A DNA stretch of 60,461 nucleotides, filler included, from Squatina squatina (taxonomy: Eukaryota), in assembly GCA_031763465.1 (NCBI GenBank). It is 4 parts of 4 records of this genome, joined end to end, with 100 filler letters (N's around TTAATTAATTAA, not from the genome) between each part and the next. Parts side by side here need not be neighbours in the genome. Positions count along the whole stretch, not along the records: positions 46,816 to 60,461 come from JARFOE010000233.1; 3 more parts are not named here. The stretch is one strand, 5' to 3'. Both the position numbers and the translations under genes were made by a program. Within the stretch, counting starts at the first letter, position 1, and every line of letters starts with the position of its first letter. This document shows positions 59,130 to 60,461 of the stretch, piece by piece. Below the pieces are notes generated by a model. The model saw only the letters and a list, made by a program, of their open reading frames with translations. It did no database searches and was not told the origin of the DNA.

Positions 59130-59314
59130 CTCTGAAAAGATGTGTAAGTTGTTGGTTGAGCAACTCTGGAGCTTTTTGAAGAATCTCAGAAACTATTAGG
59201 GTGGTGCAGGATCCCACTGGCTCCAAGACAATTTCACACTGAGCAGAATGTAGTCGCTCTTGTTCCTGGTGGTCAATTATTTTGACAACTGCAGTTTCAA
59301 GTGCTTTGTCATCA
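59130..59314 (-). CDS. PRUNE2: PRUNE2 exon (185 bp, DHH domain)
   Basis: tcttttag| DDKALETAVVKIIDHQEQERLHSAQCEIVLEPVGSCTTLIVSEILQKAPELLNQQLTHLFR G|gtaag; flanks match recalled PRUNE2 (EDKTLESAVVKVI..EILQEAPELITEQLAHRLR). Confidence 0.85.
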
Positions 59315-60159
59315 CTAAAAGACAACAAGGCACCAGATGTAATTTTATATTGTCCATATTCTTCTATACATACTTACTGTTTCATTTCTGTTGCCATAAG
59401 AATTGTAAAATTTTAAATATGCTAGGAATGTAAGGGCTAACTCAACAAAACTCTGCCTCCTGAGTGTAGCCTCACTAGATGGACGAATAATTCACAAATA
59501 CGACAACAATTCTATAGCCTCAATTCTCCAAATTGCACTTCAGTGTAGCAAGGCTCCAGGTCCAAGAACACAGTCTAACTGAATCTGTGTATAGTTGTAA
59601 TCAGTGTTTTTTTCAAAAAAACAATTAAATCCAAATATTAAAATATTCCAATCAAATTATTTCAGTGTAATTGTTTGTGACATATAACATTATTGGTTGA
59701 AATTAGCTGCCTTTAACTCGCAGAAAATGAATTAGATCACTAATGGGAAGTAATTTGTATTGCGTAGCACCTATCACCTATCAACAGTTTTCCTATTAAG
59801 CCTGTATCAGATTACAAAAGTGTTTCCTTTTAAATATTACCAGGCATTGTTACAAATGTGCAGCACTTAAGGTAAACTAATTAATCCAAACTATTACCCA
59901 GATGGCATTTTGTGATGTCAGTACTTTTTGTGAATCTTCAAGCATTTTACTTCACGAACGAACATTGTTGCATTAAATATACTCCCATTTACTCAGTTGA
60001 CACCTACATGTGTAAAACTTAAATTTAGTGATTTCAGCAATTTTCACACATGTAGATATTCTGTAAGTCTTTACATAAATACATTAATATTTATTTGACA
60101 AACAGTATACTCGCCACATTGAGTGAATATTCTTTATAGGTTAGATGTAAAATGTACTA

Positions 60160-60450
60160 TTTGCTCCATCAAAGCCTCTTATAATGTTGAAAACCTCTAT
60201 TAAATCTCCCCTTAACCTTCTCTACGGTAAGGTGAACAATCCCAGCTTCTCCAGTCTCCACATAACTGAAGTCCCTCATCCCTGGTACCATTCTGGTAAA
60301 TCTCCTCTGCACCCTCTCCAAGGCCTTGACATCCTTCCTGAAGTGTGGTGCCCAGATTTGGACACAATTAACCAGCTGAGGTCTAATCAATGTTTTATAA
60401 AAAGTTCAGCATAAATTCCTTACTTTTGTGCTCTATGCCTCTATTTACAA
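60160..60450 (-). mobile_element. CR1 ORF2 post-RT fragment
   Basis: MLNFYKTLIRPQLVNCVQIWAPHFRKDVKALERVQRRFTRMVPGMRDFSY. Confidence 0.9.
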
Positions 60451-60461
60451 GGTATAACCTA

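Overview
Vertebrate genomic DNA, most likely a shark or other chondrichthyan. This is inferred from its CR1/L2/Tx1 LINEs, Deu-domain SINEs and Penelope/Harbinger relics, not from a database match. The window is not one locus. Three artificial 100-bp spacers (N44-TTAATTAATTAA-N44 at 19827-19926, 33933-34032 and 46716-46815) join four unrelated, very gappy scaffolds. Scaffold 1 (1-19826) is mostly transposon debris, plus the neurexin-2-beta first exon and one isolated MyBP-C/H exon. Scaffold 2 (19927-33932) has two BOLL exons (-) and the giant PLCL1 exon (+), in the divergent arrangement recalled for human. Scaffold 3 (34033-46715) has four LRR exons of LRIG2 (+). Scaffold 4 (46816-60461) has two PRUNE2 exons (-). 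I found no convincing new multi-gene system. The best leads are: a PRUNE2 exon that keeps PRUNE1-type phosphoesterase motifs; a 27-aa DAZ-repeat exon in BOLL; a 25-bp minisatellite apparently born from a LINE segment; a hAT-type MITE family with an 8-bp TSD nested in a SINE; a Penelope-type hairpin with a decayed hammerhead-like core; and relics of both Harbinger components. All gene and repeat names come from my recall of reference sequences and need confirmation by alignment. Repeat boundaries are approximate.
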